A DNA stretch of 64,000 nt from Paraphysomonas bandaiensis (taxonomy: Eukaryota; Protista; Chrysophyceae). The stretch is taken from contig CBFFRP010000451.1 in the NCBI GenBank assembly GCA_965644295.1, positions 1-64,000 of the forward strand. The letters are read 5' to 3'. The notes under the pieces were generated by a model. It was not told the origin of the DNA. It made no database searches and worked only from the letters and a program-made list of their open reading frames with translations. The translations under genes were made by a program, and so were the position numbers. This document shows positions 51,233-62,454 of the stretch, one piece after another (positions within the stretch are counted from its first letter, which is position 1; each line of letters begins with the position of its first letter).

Positions 51233-53467
51233 TCACCCGTTTTGGTCCCCTTCCTTCTCTCGGATCTGCTTGAACACAAAATACTTCAGAAACGCATAAA
51301 CCCCAAAGACTAACCCAATACTACTAAGCAATACAATAATCGCTATATCCATGTATTTTCTATAACTTATTAAATTAAACGATGCATCACTTGACCTCAC
51401 TGATGAGTCGTCATCAAACGCGAATGTGAGTTTGAATGGTAGTGACTCAGCCATTGAAGCAGCAAACATATTGTCATAGATTTTTAGCGTATAGTAGCCA
51501 TTACCAGGCGGTAGCCCGGTCTTGAAATAAATATCCGCCCTTCCTTCAGAATTAAGAATAAGTGGTCCAGTATTAAAGTAACTTGCAGAATTAGTCGCGT
51601 TACTTGCGAAGCACTCAATTCTTCCTATGGGAGAGTGGAAGCAAAGACTAAACTTCAAAAAGTGTGACACACAATTGCCCTTATACGTCCAGTTTGACTG
51701 TAACGGAACAGTTTCGTTTATAACATACTCATCGCCTCCATTCGGATGCAAAATGTTGTAAACGCGTGAACAATCAAAAGTAGGTGTCGTTGTAGGGTGC
51801 TCCGTGGGATATCTCGTCGGGGCATATGTAGGCGCCGAAGTAGGAAAGCATGTCGGCTCTACAGTAGGTGATGCACTTGGCCCATTTGACGGCTCTGCAG
51901 ATGGGCGATCAGTGGGAAGTTTCGTCGGGGAATACGTGGGAGTCAAAGTAGGAAACTGTGTCGGCTCTACCGTGGGTGTTGCACTTGGCCGACAGGACGG
52001 CACTGCAGATGGGCGACAAGTAGGAATCGAGGTAGGAAAACATGTCGGCTCTACAGTAGGTGTTGCACTTGGCCCATTTGACGGCTCTGCAGATGGGCGA
52101 TCAGTGGGAAGTTTCGTCGGGGAATACGTGGGAGTCAAAGTAGGAAACTGTGTCGGCTCTACTGTGGGTGTTGCACTTGGCCGACAGGACGGCACTGCAG
52201 ATGGGCGACAAGTAGGAACCGAGGTAGGAAAACATGTCGGCTCTACAGTAGGTGTTGCACTTGGCCCATTTGACGGCTCTGCAGATGGGCGATCAGTGGG
52301 AAGTTTCGTCGGGGAATACGTGGGAGTCAAAGTAGGAAACTGTGTCGGCTCTACTGTGGGTGTTGCACTTGGCCGACAGGACGGCACTGCAGATGGGCGA
52401 CAAGTAGGAACCGAGGTAGGAAAACATGTCGGCTCTACAGTAGGTGTTGCACTTGGCCCATTTGACGGCTCTGCAGATGGGCGATCAGTGGGAAGTTTCG
52501 TCGGGGAATACGTGGGAGTCAAAGTAGGAAACTGTGTCGGCTCTACTGTGGGTGTTGCACTTGGCGGACAGGACGGCACTGCAGATGGGCGACAAGTAGG
52601 AATCGAGGTAGGAAAACATGTCGGCTCTACAGTAGGTGTTGCACTTGGCCGATATGACGGCGCTGCAGATGGGCGACCAGTGGGAAATTTCGTCGGCACT
52701 ACAGTGGGTTGTACAGATGGTATAGGTGTGGGAACTGAAGTGGGTACCGGGATACATACAACACTATCATACCCTGAGGTGAAACCAGTAGGACACTCAA
52801 AGCACCCGGCTGTAGTTTTATACATGCCTGGTGGACAGCCTAAGCGTACCCAGACTCTGTGAGTTGTATCAAAATAGTAGCTCACACTATTATCGTCACA
52901 CTCATATCTAAACCCGCTACCTCGGATAGCCCAGTTATGCTCATTTATTTCCCTGAAGGGAAACTCCAAGAATGCCCCACTATTGTAAGCATGATTTGTG
53001 GATTCTGGAAGATATGCTGTATGACCATTCAGAGGGATGAAGCCATCTTTCCAATATGACGGATCATTATTTTTCTTCCCACTATAAGCAGTATGGATAA
53101 TATGAGCCTCAGCTGTTTTAAAGTGTAATCTTCGTGAGTGTGATCCTGATGTGCACTCGAATCTAACTTCTCGTATGAGTTCATGTGCGTATCCGAGATT
53201 CGACACTGTTGTATGGGAGTTCGAAGACAGTGATAAGGGTGCAACATGAGCCAGTAGTACTGGATTCGTCCCTCCTTCATGCTCATAGTTGTATAGTAGA
53301 GTCCACCCCCCTCCATCAGTGTGCATATCGCAGTATACATTCACTTGACCCTGATCAGATGCAAGATGATAGATACCATCACTAGAGTCCCTTCTTATCA
53401 CTGATGAACATGTCTGAACAGCATCAGAGATAGCGATGAGAGTCAGAAGAAAGAGAACAGTGAGCAT
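51233..53467 (-). CDS. Type I membrane protein (744 aa): signal peptide, fibrinogen-related domain, Cys-rich repeat, long PT stalk, beta-rich domain, TM helix (copy 1)
   Basis: MLTVLFLLTLIAISDA; GIYHL...VYCDMHTDGGGWTL; CPPGMY...CFECPTG; four 192-nt stalk repeats (51879, 52071, 52263, 52455); TM IAIIVLLSSIGLVFGVYAFL. Confidence 0.85.
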   Translation of the reverse strand: MLTVLFLLTLIAISDAVQTCSSVIRRDSSDGIYHLASDQGQVNVYCDMHTDGGGWTLLYNYEHEGGTNPVLLAHVAPLSLSSNSHTTVSNLGYAHELIREVRFECTSGSHSRRLHFKTAEAHIIHTAYSGKKNNDPSYWKDGFIPLNGHTAYLPESTNHAYNSGAFLEFPFREINEHNWAIRGSGFRYECDDNSVSYYFDTTHRVWVRLGCPPGMYKTTAGCFECPTGFTSGYDSVVCIPVPTSVPTPIPSVQPTVVPTKFPTGRPSAAPSYRPSATPTVEPTCFPTSIPTCRPSAVPSCPPSATPTVEPTQFPTLTPTYSPTKLPTDRPSAEPSNGPSATPTVEPTCFPTSVPTCRPSAVPSCRPSATPTVEPTQFPTLTPTYSPTKLPTDRPSAEPSNGPSATPTVEPTCFPTSVPTCRPSAVPSCRPSATPTVEPTQFPTLTPTYSPTKLPTDRPSAEPSNGPSATPTVEPTCFPTSIPTCRPSAVPSCRPSATPTVEPTQFPTLTPTYSPTKLPTDRPSAEPSNGPSASPTVEPTCFPTSAPTYAPTRYPTEHPTTTPTFDCSRVYNILHPNGGDEYVINETVPLQSNWTYKGNCVSHFLKFSLCFHSPIGRIECFASNATNSASYFNTGPLILNSEGRADIYFKTGLPPGNGYYTLKIYDNMFAASMAESLPFKLTFAFDDDSSVRSSDASFNLISYRKYMDIAIIVLLSSIGLVFGVYAFLKYFVFKQIREKEGDQNG

Positions 53468-53669
53468 ATCAGTATATATATATATATATGTATGTATGTA
53501 TGAACACTCACTCTGTGCTGTGTATGTATGTATGTATGTAGTGATCTCATATTGTGGTCTATGTAGCTCTCTGTCTTGTTTCTTCCCACAATCTAGAAGA
53601 ATTCCGACCCATTGCTTTATGTGAACAGAATACACACCATAAGATACCATTTCCGTAATCCAAGAAATG

Positions 53670-53918
53670 GTATGTATGTATGTATGTATGTATGTATGTA
53701 TGTATGTATGTATGTATGTATGTAGGTATGTAGGTATGTGTGTATGTATGTATGTATGTATGTATGTATGTATGTATGTATGTAGGTATGTATGTATGTA
53801 TGTATGTATGTATGTATGTATGTATGTATGTATGTATGTATGTATGTATGTATGTATGTATGTATGTATGTATGTAGGTATGTATGAATGTATGTATGTA
53901 TGTATGTATGTATGTACG

Positions 53919-53952
<34 letters not shown>

Positions 53953-54097
53953 TGTATGTATGTATGTATGTATGTATGTATGTATGTATGTATGTATGTA
54001 TGTATGTATGTATGTATGTATGTATGGATGTATGTATGTATGTATGTATGTATGTATGTATGTATGTATGTATGTATGTATGTATGTACGTATGTAT
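53670..54097. repeat. (TATG)n microsatellite with a few variant units
   Basis: Read directly; lies between the divergent receptor and G-alpha genes. Confidence 0.97.
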
Positions 54098-54494
54098 ATG
54101 TGCACACACACGTCTGAAGTCTAGAAGTATGTTCGTGTGTGAGTGGTTTTTGTCGTTTGTGCTAGTTCTTCCCATGATCGTACGTATGTACCTTGTACCT
54201 TAGTATATATATATATGTACTGCTGCTGGTGTATGTGTGGTGCGTGTGTGTGTATCGACAAAACGTAACGCTTCTATCTAACTGTATACGTGACAGTTAT
54301 ATACATACACACGCTGTGTTAGTACATCGTCTCAGGTCTGTTAGTGCTTTAATACACCACGGGCTCATATGATTCAGTGCAGGGCATAGTTGTAAGTGTT
54401 AGTTACTGCTTTTCTTGACGTGAATACTATTGGTCATAACATATTAAGGTTCTTATAATTATATCCGTAGAGAGGATTGTTAGCAGATAGGGAG

Positions 54495-55618
54495 ATGGGA
54501 GCCTGCGGTTCAAGAATGACTGAAGAAGAGAAAAGAAATTATCTCAAGAATAAAGAGATTAATGAAATGATGGAAAGAAATGCCAAACTAGAGGCTGAGA
54601 AGATAAAGCTGCTGTTGCTTGGTGCTGGTGAGTCCGGCAAGAGCACAATATTCAAGCAGATGAAAGTCATTTACGGCAAAACGTTCACTGAAGAAGAGCG
54701 AAGGCAGCATACGTCGACCATTTACTCCAACATATTAACAGCTATTAAGATACTTTGCGATCAAGCCGCTGTGTATAATATGGTGTCTAAAATTGAAGTG
54801 CAGAAGTCCTTTGAATTGGTGAAGGCCCTCGACGAGAACGATGCTATTACTGAAGATGTTGGCAACGCTATTAAGGCTCTTTGGGCTGACCCAGGAATAC
54901 AAGAGGTGTGGAAGAGGCGAAGTGAATATCAAATTATCGAATCTGTTAAGTATTACTTCGATAGAATTGATGTAATTGCTTCACGTGACTATATTCCGGA
55001 AAACGAAGACATCATGTATTCCCGCGTGCGAACATCAGGAATCGTCACAGAGAGCTACGAAATAGATGGAGCAAAGTTTGAGATGTACGATGTAGGAGGA
55101 CAACGTAACGAGAGGAAGAAGTGGATTCATTGCTTCGAAGATGTGACGGCAATAATATTTGTGGCTGCCTTATCTGAGTATGACCAAAAACTCTTCGAGG
55201 ACGCCTCAGCCAACCGCATGGTAAGAGCATTCCTTCGCAGATTGTTTACCTTGACGTTTGTCCACAGATTGAAGCCCTGGACCTCTTTGATGAAATCATA
55301 AACAATGCATTCTTCCGAAAGTCGTCTATTATTTTATTTTTAAACAAGAGGGATTTGTTTGAAGAAAAGGTAAAAACAACTCCGATTCGGGATACCCCCG
55401 CCTTCTCCGATTATTCTGGACCGGATGGAGACTATGACGCTGGTCTTTCGTACTTTCTCAAGAAATTTCTAGCCCGTAACAAGTCAGGTGCTGATCACCA
55501 AATATACCACCATGCGACATGTGCAACCGACACCAAGAATGTCAGAGTGGTGTTCAACTCCTGTAAAGACATTATCCTGAGGGAGAATTTGAAAAATAGT
55601 GGCTTTATGGACGACTAA
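54495..55618 (+). CDS. Heterotrimeric G-protein alpha subunit
   Basis: MGACGS lipidation motif, KLLLLGAGESGKST, RVRTSG, DVGGQRNERKKWIHCFE, FLNKRD, TCATD. Intron at 55221-55268. Confidence 0.97.
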
Positions 55619-55991
55619 CATATTGTTGGTCTTATGTACTGTGTTTATTCAAGTGCCCTACTATTCAGATTGAATGCAGCTCACGCGGTAAATGCGTTGT
55701 TAGGTCCTGCATCGTTACGTATAGGTTTCTTTTCATGTGGATGTATCATAAACGAAGCGTTATTTTGCTGTCGAGTGTATGCCGTGATGTCAATTCTTTG
55801 ACACCAAATATAATCTAATAAATTGCTTATCCCTACGTTTTTTATCATGTAAATACTGTAGCTACCTGACATTGCTATCCTCAATACAACGATTGTGGAG
55901 CACCAAATATAGTTCTACGGATACTATTTACATTTTACTTGTTGAATTTTGCTGTTTGTGAGCAATTTAAATTATATCCATTACTAGGGTA

Positions 55992-56497
55992 CAGGATGAC
56001 TGGGATACATTTTTGCCTACAGTACAATTGATGTATAACACTACTGTGTCCTCGAGCACAAGTTTTACTCCATATTATATGATGTACGGTAGAGAATGCC
56101 GCTTGCCATCTATAGAGTTTACATTGTCCTCAAAACTTTCAGAGCTTCGTTTACGACCTGGTACCATTGAAGCTGAATGGATTGATAATTTGTCGATTTC
56201 TTTGGAACAAGCTTGGAATTATGCAAAGAAGAAAGCTCAAAAGAATCATCTTCGACATAACATGGTATCTAGGCAACCTCGAGAGTTCAAAGAATTTAAT
56301 GCATGGTATTTGTTCGACGTCCAATTAATGTGTTTAAATCGGCTGATGATGAGGAATTGTATAAAATTAATGCCAATCTACAAGCTAGATTTGAAGGACC
56401 TTATAAAGTTAGTCGGCGACTAAGTCCTATACTTTATGATGCTGAAATTGAAGGAAAAGAAGTTCGAATCAATGCTACTAATATGAAGCCATTCTAG
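55992..56497 (+). pseudogene. Ty3/Gypsy integrase C-terminal remnant (frameshifted)
   Basis: DDWDTFLPTVQLMYNTT...FTPYYMMYGRECRLP and RFEGPYKV (GPY/F motif). Followed by polypurine tract GGAGGGGGTAG (56542-56552) and TG. Confidence 0.88.
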
Positions 56498-56552
56498 GTT
56501 CGCAGTGAACTTCGTTCCGCATACTGGCGTATACGACTGCTGGAGGGGGTAG

Positions 56553-58129
56553 TGTAATAACCAGCTATCGGGTTATTCTATATTCTACAAGCTCTCTATT
56601 GTATATGCTTAAGTTTGTACATACTATCTGTACAACATTGGTTGAATATTATTATTGCCATAACTCACTATGATATATACATATACGATATACATGACTA
56701 TGACAATTCATGCTTATCATTGATACTTATATAATCATTCAATAGACAAAGAAAGACATGAATATCAATAATGAGACATAATGATGATGGATGATATATA
56801 TATATATATATGTTCTTATATATATTGACTTTAAGGTTGGAGAAGTTTACTGGAGAATTCCGGGTTTGATATCCACGCTCGTATCGGCATCCTCGGTCGT
56901 ATGGGCAGTCAGCATCTTATTTTTCGGAAATATATTGAAGCAAAATTACTCTATATAACTGCAGTATAACTACGGCAAGATTACACATAATTGTTGTCTC
57001 AATATTAGAGGCATCTTTGAACAAAAATATACAAAGGATGCCGATATGGTATATTTTTGCCTTATTGAGACAACAATTATCTGTATTCAAGGCGTAGTTG
57101 TACTGCAGTAATATAGAGGATATTTGCTTCAATTTATATCCGACAAATAATTAGTATTACGCTGATAGATGTGTACTGCCAGATTATCCAGTAATACAGT
57201 TATACATTACGTATTTCTTTCAGTGCTTATTGTGGGATTGATTGTACTTAAGGAGTACGCATACAAGGCTTCAACTACAATGAGAATACTGAATGTATCT
57301 TCCCTTATACAGTGGTGATGAGTTATTATGATCAACTGTGTTAGACTGTCTGGATGTGTTTGGTATTGAATATGAATGATGTTCATTCTATTGATCACGG
57401 AATCGTAGATAGACTTATATAAATTATTGATAATAAGATGCAATTTCTTCAAAAAATTGAGATACTAAGATCTCTACTTGGATGAGGAGACACTTGACCG
57501 AGTACGAGAGTCTGCTACTCTTATTATATAAGTCTATCTACGATTCCGTGATCAATGGAATGAACATCATTCATATTCAATACCAAACACATCCAGACAG
57601 TCTAACACAGTTGATCATAATAACTCATCACCACTGTATAAGGGAAGATACATTCAGTATTCTCATTGTAGTTGAAGCCTTGTATGCGTACTCCTTAAGT
57701 ACGGAGTTCAATCCCACAATAAGCACTGAAGGAAATACGTAATGTATAACTTTATTACTGGATAATCTGGCAGTACACATCTATCAGCGTGGATATCAAA
57801 CCCGGAATTCTCCAGTAAACTTCTCCAGCCTTAAAGTCAATATATATATATATATAATAAGAACATATATATATATCATCCATCATCATTATCATCATTA
57901 TGTCTCATTATTGATATTCATGTCTTTCTTTGTCTTTTGAATGATTATATAAATATCAATGATAAGCATGAATTGTCATAGTCATAATATATCATATATA
58001 TCTTAGTGTGAGTTATGGCAATAATAATAATTTTCAACCAATGTTGTACAGATAGTATGTACAAACTTAAACACATACAATCATAGAGAGCTTGTAGAAT
58101 ATAGAATAACCCGATAGCTTGTTATTACA
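56553..58129. mobile_element. Two LTR-derived arms in inverted orientation (56553-57422 and 57524-58129)
   Basis: Arm 1 starts TGTAATAACCAGCTATCGGG right after the PPT. Arm 2 is its reverse complement and ends GTTATTACA. The spacer is ~100 bp. Confidence 0.85.
56880..57158. mobile_element. 279-bp foldback/MITE-like insertion in LTR arm 1, with a 5-bp target duplication
   Basis: ACGCT is duplicated at 56875-56879 and 57159-57163, and the empty site is visible in arm 2. Internal inverted repeat at ~56917-57152. A half copy lies at ~35531-35660. Confidence 0.85.
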
Positions 58130-58206
58130 AGGGCAATACTATTGTAGTACAATCCATCAATACTATTGATGAAACGCTACCTAACAATAGTATTGCAATA
58201 TATTAT

Positions 58207-59070
58207 TATCCCCATTTTGTCTCAAAAAAAGCTTTTTTTTGACCTGATTTGGGCTCAACAGGGCGCTCATATCAGCACCGGGTAAATAGATACATTCAAC
58301 TTCAATATTCGGTTCAACAGAAGCTCACTTCTATCTTCATTATGATAATGACAGTCATATGTACGTGATTTCATTATAGTACACAATTATAGAGAAACCA
58401 CAATCATGAGCCAAATATCAAATGCAGATCATCTAACTCCAAGTTATATTACATCGTTCGACTGCTGTATAAGATCACAACGATGTCAGTGCAAGTGATC
58501 TGTTTTCATATCCAGGAATTAGAAACTACTTCAACAATATTACAGGAGAGTTTAAGTACCATATCTGATGCTGTATAGGTGGTTAGGAGCAGTAGCACCC
58601 AGTTCTTTCAAGGTTGGAGCCATATCGTGCTTCTCAGGATATTGTGTGTCTCATATCATACACACATCTTTCGATCAGGTGCACTTGCAGAGGTAAAGCC
58701 TGCTGTATATAAATGTGATGATGATGCTAATTAAGGCAATAAGAAGCCTCTCTCTCACCTTCAACTGTTTACATTTATCATCACACTTACAGTATACTTA
58801 TCCTTGATTTGAAACTATATGAGTTTTCATTTGTGTTATTAATGTTAATCAAGGAACATCTATTTCTTAAAACAGCAAGCATGCTACAAATAGATATACA
58901 TGTAATATTAACTTTTCAACGTCATGAGGATAAGCTACAATTTAACCTAGGGATAAGGAGTATCGTCCCTTGTCTAAATTTTAAAACTCGGGCTTTTCGC
59001 CCTCGTTTCAAAATTTTGAGCGCGGGACGATATAGCCTCCTTATTGCCCGTGGTTAAATATAACTATCCC
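58207..59070 (+). mobile_element. Solo full-length copy of repeat family A
   Basis: Bounded by a TATCCC direct repeat (58207-58212 and 59065-59070). A ~120-nt imperfect hairpin lies at 58940-59059. Confidence 0.8.
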
Positions 59071-60219
59071 TATCCCTGTATTGTACTATTGTTAGATAGC
59101 GTCTCACCTATAATATTGATGGAGTGTTTAAACCGACCCAACAATATTATTGCAATATATTTCAACTTGCGTAGATTTTATACTTAGTACTAGTTATCAA
59201 GATCGCATGACAACTAAACCCACTATGCTGCTAGCAGCCAAAGACTACCTACTGCTTAGCTAGTCACAATCTTCCTCCTACTCATTCTCTGAACCATCAT
59301 TACTGGTGATGCTATTATCACCACATTCATTCAAAACTAATTGAAATATGAATCCGGCCACAAGTGTGGATTAGCTTTCAGAAACAACATCGTAATATCA
59401 AGTCTAGTAGAATGCATATATTTAGCACTGAGATAAGAAGTCTAGCTGTGCTCAAAAGTCGTTCACATGTATTGGAAGTGCATTTCTCAAGTCGTCTATA
59501 CGGAGTGATATCGGAATTCTGTCGAGCAGTAGGAATCATATCAGTCACTACACCCGGTGGCCTCTGATTCTTGACACAGGATCTCTTATACGCAACCACT
59601 CGAGCAGAACCTGAGAAAGATAGAGGACCATCGTGTGACATTAATCCTTTCTTGTAGCAGACAGGTTGGTCACGTAGCAAGGAAGCATTTTTAGTCTGCT
59701 TTAGCTTCCATTAGCAGGTCTGCTTGTCGAATGAATGAGGGGTCGTCTGCCTTCATAGGTATTGCCGCATCTCTTTGCTACGGATGAGATCATTGACAGT
59801 AAGATTAAGGCTTAAGTCTGACACCAAAAGCAGCTGTAAATATCTCTATTCTTGTAAGCATTCATCGTTCAGGCGTCTCTTCTTATCAGTGTAATACATG
59901 CATGTCCGTGATATAGAGCTAGCTAGAGCTGGATCTGTCACGGCGATATAAGAGTTCCGTATAAGGCCATTTTTAATAACTGAAATCCCTAAATCCGGGG
60001 ATTTTGGGAGTAAAAGCAGGATGTTTCTTATAAAGGGGTGATATACAGTATGTACGAAGTGTGTACTCTTGTGGACCCTTTTTTTTATCCATTTTTAGGG
60101 TAAAAATGGACAGAAAAAAAATTACATCTACATTTTTACCCTCATGGCATTATAGAGAGCACCTCCCACCTACATGGACATACATACATACATACATACA
60201 CAGCACAGAGTGAGTGTTC

Positions 60220-60250
<31 letters not shown>

Positions 60251-60255
60251 CTGAT

Positions 60256-61590
60256 ATGCTCACTGTTCTCTTTCTTCTGACTCTCATCGCTATCTCTGAT
60301 GCTGTTCAGACATGTTCATCAGTGATAAGAAGGGACTCTAGTGATGGTATCTATCATCTTGCATCTGATCAGGGTCAAGTGAATGTATACTGCGATATGC
60401 ACACTGATGGAGGGGGGTGGACTCTACTATACAACTATGAGCATGAAGGAGGGACGAATCCAGTACTACTGGCTCATGTTGCACCCTTATCACTGTCTTC
60501 GAACTCCCATACAACCGTGTCGAATCTCGGATACGCACATGAACTCATACGAGAAGTTAGATTCGAGTGCACATCAGGATCACACTCACGAAGATTACAC
60601 TTTAAAACAGCTGAGGCTCATATTATCCATACTGCTTATAGTGGGAAGAAAAATAATGATCCGTCATATTGGAAAGATGGCTTCATCCCTCTGAATGGTC
60701 ATACAGCATATCTTCCAGAATTCACGAATCAAGCTTACGATAATGGGGCATTCTTGGAGTTTCCCTTCAGGGAAATAAATAAGCATAACTGGGCTATCCG
60801 AGGTAGCGGGTTTAGATGGGAATGTGACGATAATAGTGTGAGCAACAATTTTAATACAACTCACAGAGTCTGGGTGCGCTTAGGCTGTCCACCAGGCACG
60901 TATAAAACTACCACCGGGTGCTTTGAGTGCCCTACTGATTTCACATCAGGGTATGATAGTGCTGTATGTAGCCCGGTACCCACTTCAGTTCCCACATATA
61001 CCCCGACGAGATATCCCACGGAATACCCCACAACGACACCTACTGTTGGTTGTTCACATGCTTACGACATTTTGCATCCGAATGGAGGCGATGAGTATGT
61101 TATAAACGAAACTGTTCCGTTACAGTCGAACTGGACGTATAAGGGCAATTGTGTGTCACACTTTTTGAAGTTTAGTCTTTGTTTCCACTCTCCCATAGGA
61201 AGCATTGAGTGCTTCGCAAGTAACGCGACTAATTCTGCAAGTTACTTTAATACTGGACCACTTATTCTTAATTCTGAAGGAAGAGCGGATATTTATTTCA
61301 AGACCGGGCTACCGCCTGGTAATGGCTACTATACGCTAAAAATCTATGACAATGTGTTCGCTGCTTCAATGGCTGAGTCACTACCATTCAAACTCACATT
61401 TGCGTTTGATGACGACTCATCAGTGAGGTCAAGTGATGCGTCGTTTAATTTAATAAGTTATAGAAAATACATGGATATAGCGGTTATTGTTTTGCTTAGT
61501 AGTATTGGGTTAGTCTTTGGGGTTTATGCGTGTCTGAAGTATTTTGTGTTCAAGCAGATCCGAGAGAAGGAAGGGGACCAAAACGGGTGA
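60256..61590 (+). CDS. Fibrinogen-related-domain membrane protein, short-stalk paralog (444 aa; copy 2)
   Basis: Near-identical to 51233-53467 in inverted orientation, but lacks 900 nt of PT repeats. Confidence 0.87.
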   Translation: MLTVLFLLTLIAISDAVQTCSSVIRRDSSDGIYHLASDQGQVNVYCDMHTDGGGWTLLYNYEHEGGTNPVLLAHVAPLSLSSNSHTTVSNLGYAHELIREVRFECTSGSHSRRLHFKTAEAHIIHTAYSGKKNNDPSYWKDGFIPLNGHTAYLPEFTNQAYDNGAFLEFPFREINKHNWAIRGSGFRWECDDNSVSNNFNTTHRVWVRLGCPPGTYKTTTGCFECPTDFTSGYDSAVCSPVPTSVPTYTPTRYPTEYPTTTPTVGCSHAYDILHPNGGDEYVINETVPLQSNWTYKGNCVSHFLKFSLCFHSPIGSIECFASNATNSASYFNTGPLILNSEGRADIYFKTGLPPGNGYYTLKIYDNVFAASMAESLPFKLTFAFDDDSSVRSSDASFNLISYRKYMDIAVIVLLSSIGLVFGVYACLKYFVFKQIREKEGDQNG

Positions 61591-62454
61591 TCCTTGCGAA
61601 CCTGCGTGTGTTTATATATTATGCTGCCGAAATAATAATAATGAAAGGGTCTACCCAAGTTATAACTCTTACATGCGTTAATATCTATATATCTATATTA
61701 TACTAATCAGACATTACTGTCCGCTCATCCATTATTGTTGCTTGCACACACTAGTGGTGATATATATTGGTAGCGACTTAATGTAGTTGCTAACTTTGAA
61801 ATAATATTCTTGAATAGTATTGGGTTAGTCTTTGGGGTTTACACGCTTCTGAAGAATTTTGTGCTCCAGGAAGCAAGGGGACTAAATTAGGTGGACCTTG
61901 CGGAACCTGCGTGTGTTTATATATGCTGTCGAAATAATAATAATAATAATAATAAGTAGTTGTTATTAGAGTTATTTTTTGCGTTGCAAGCTTCCCCTCT
62001 GCTTCTACTAGTGTCTTGTAATATCATATTTTAATATGGCTGCATTTGCCTCACTTGAGTTTGCAAATGCTCCAACCGAATAGCCTGATTGTGAATACAT
62101 TGCATATACGCATAAAGTCCTTATCCCTAAGTCACATTTTAGCTTATCCTCATGATGTTGTAAACCTAACATATCTAGATTATGCAATAATATCTATTTT
62201 TATAGCTTGTTTGCTGTGTGAGGATATATGTGCTCCCTGCTGATTAAAATATGATGAAAACAAATGAAAAATTAATGGTATCTACATATGGGAATGGCAA
62301 TAGTTCTGGACTAACTTAAAACAATAAATCCCTTAATTTCAATAATAGCTACAACAAGTGTACCCTACCGCAGGAGGATACTGACGGAGTATAGCAGCAA
62401 ATGCGGAGTAATTAAATTTGTACGAAAGTGTGATGATAAATAGTCGCTCGAGGT

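Noticed and set aside
51804-52862. 352-aa Gly/Val-rich plus-strand ORF
   Set aside because: It is the antisense shadow of the PT-repeat stalk.
53468-54175. N-terminal 236-aa extension of the 980-aa ORF
   Set aside because: It runs through the microsatellite. The paralog and the signal peptide place the real start at 53467.
59360-59900. Possible decayed coding sequence
   Set aside because: Short ORFs with no recognisable motif or consistent splice pattern.
60721-60855. Diversity-generating retroelement acting on the receptor patch
   Set aside because: The adenine bias is suggestive, but no reverse transcriptase or template repeat lies in the window. Two changes do not involve A, and divergence with silent changes continues into the next domain.
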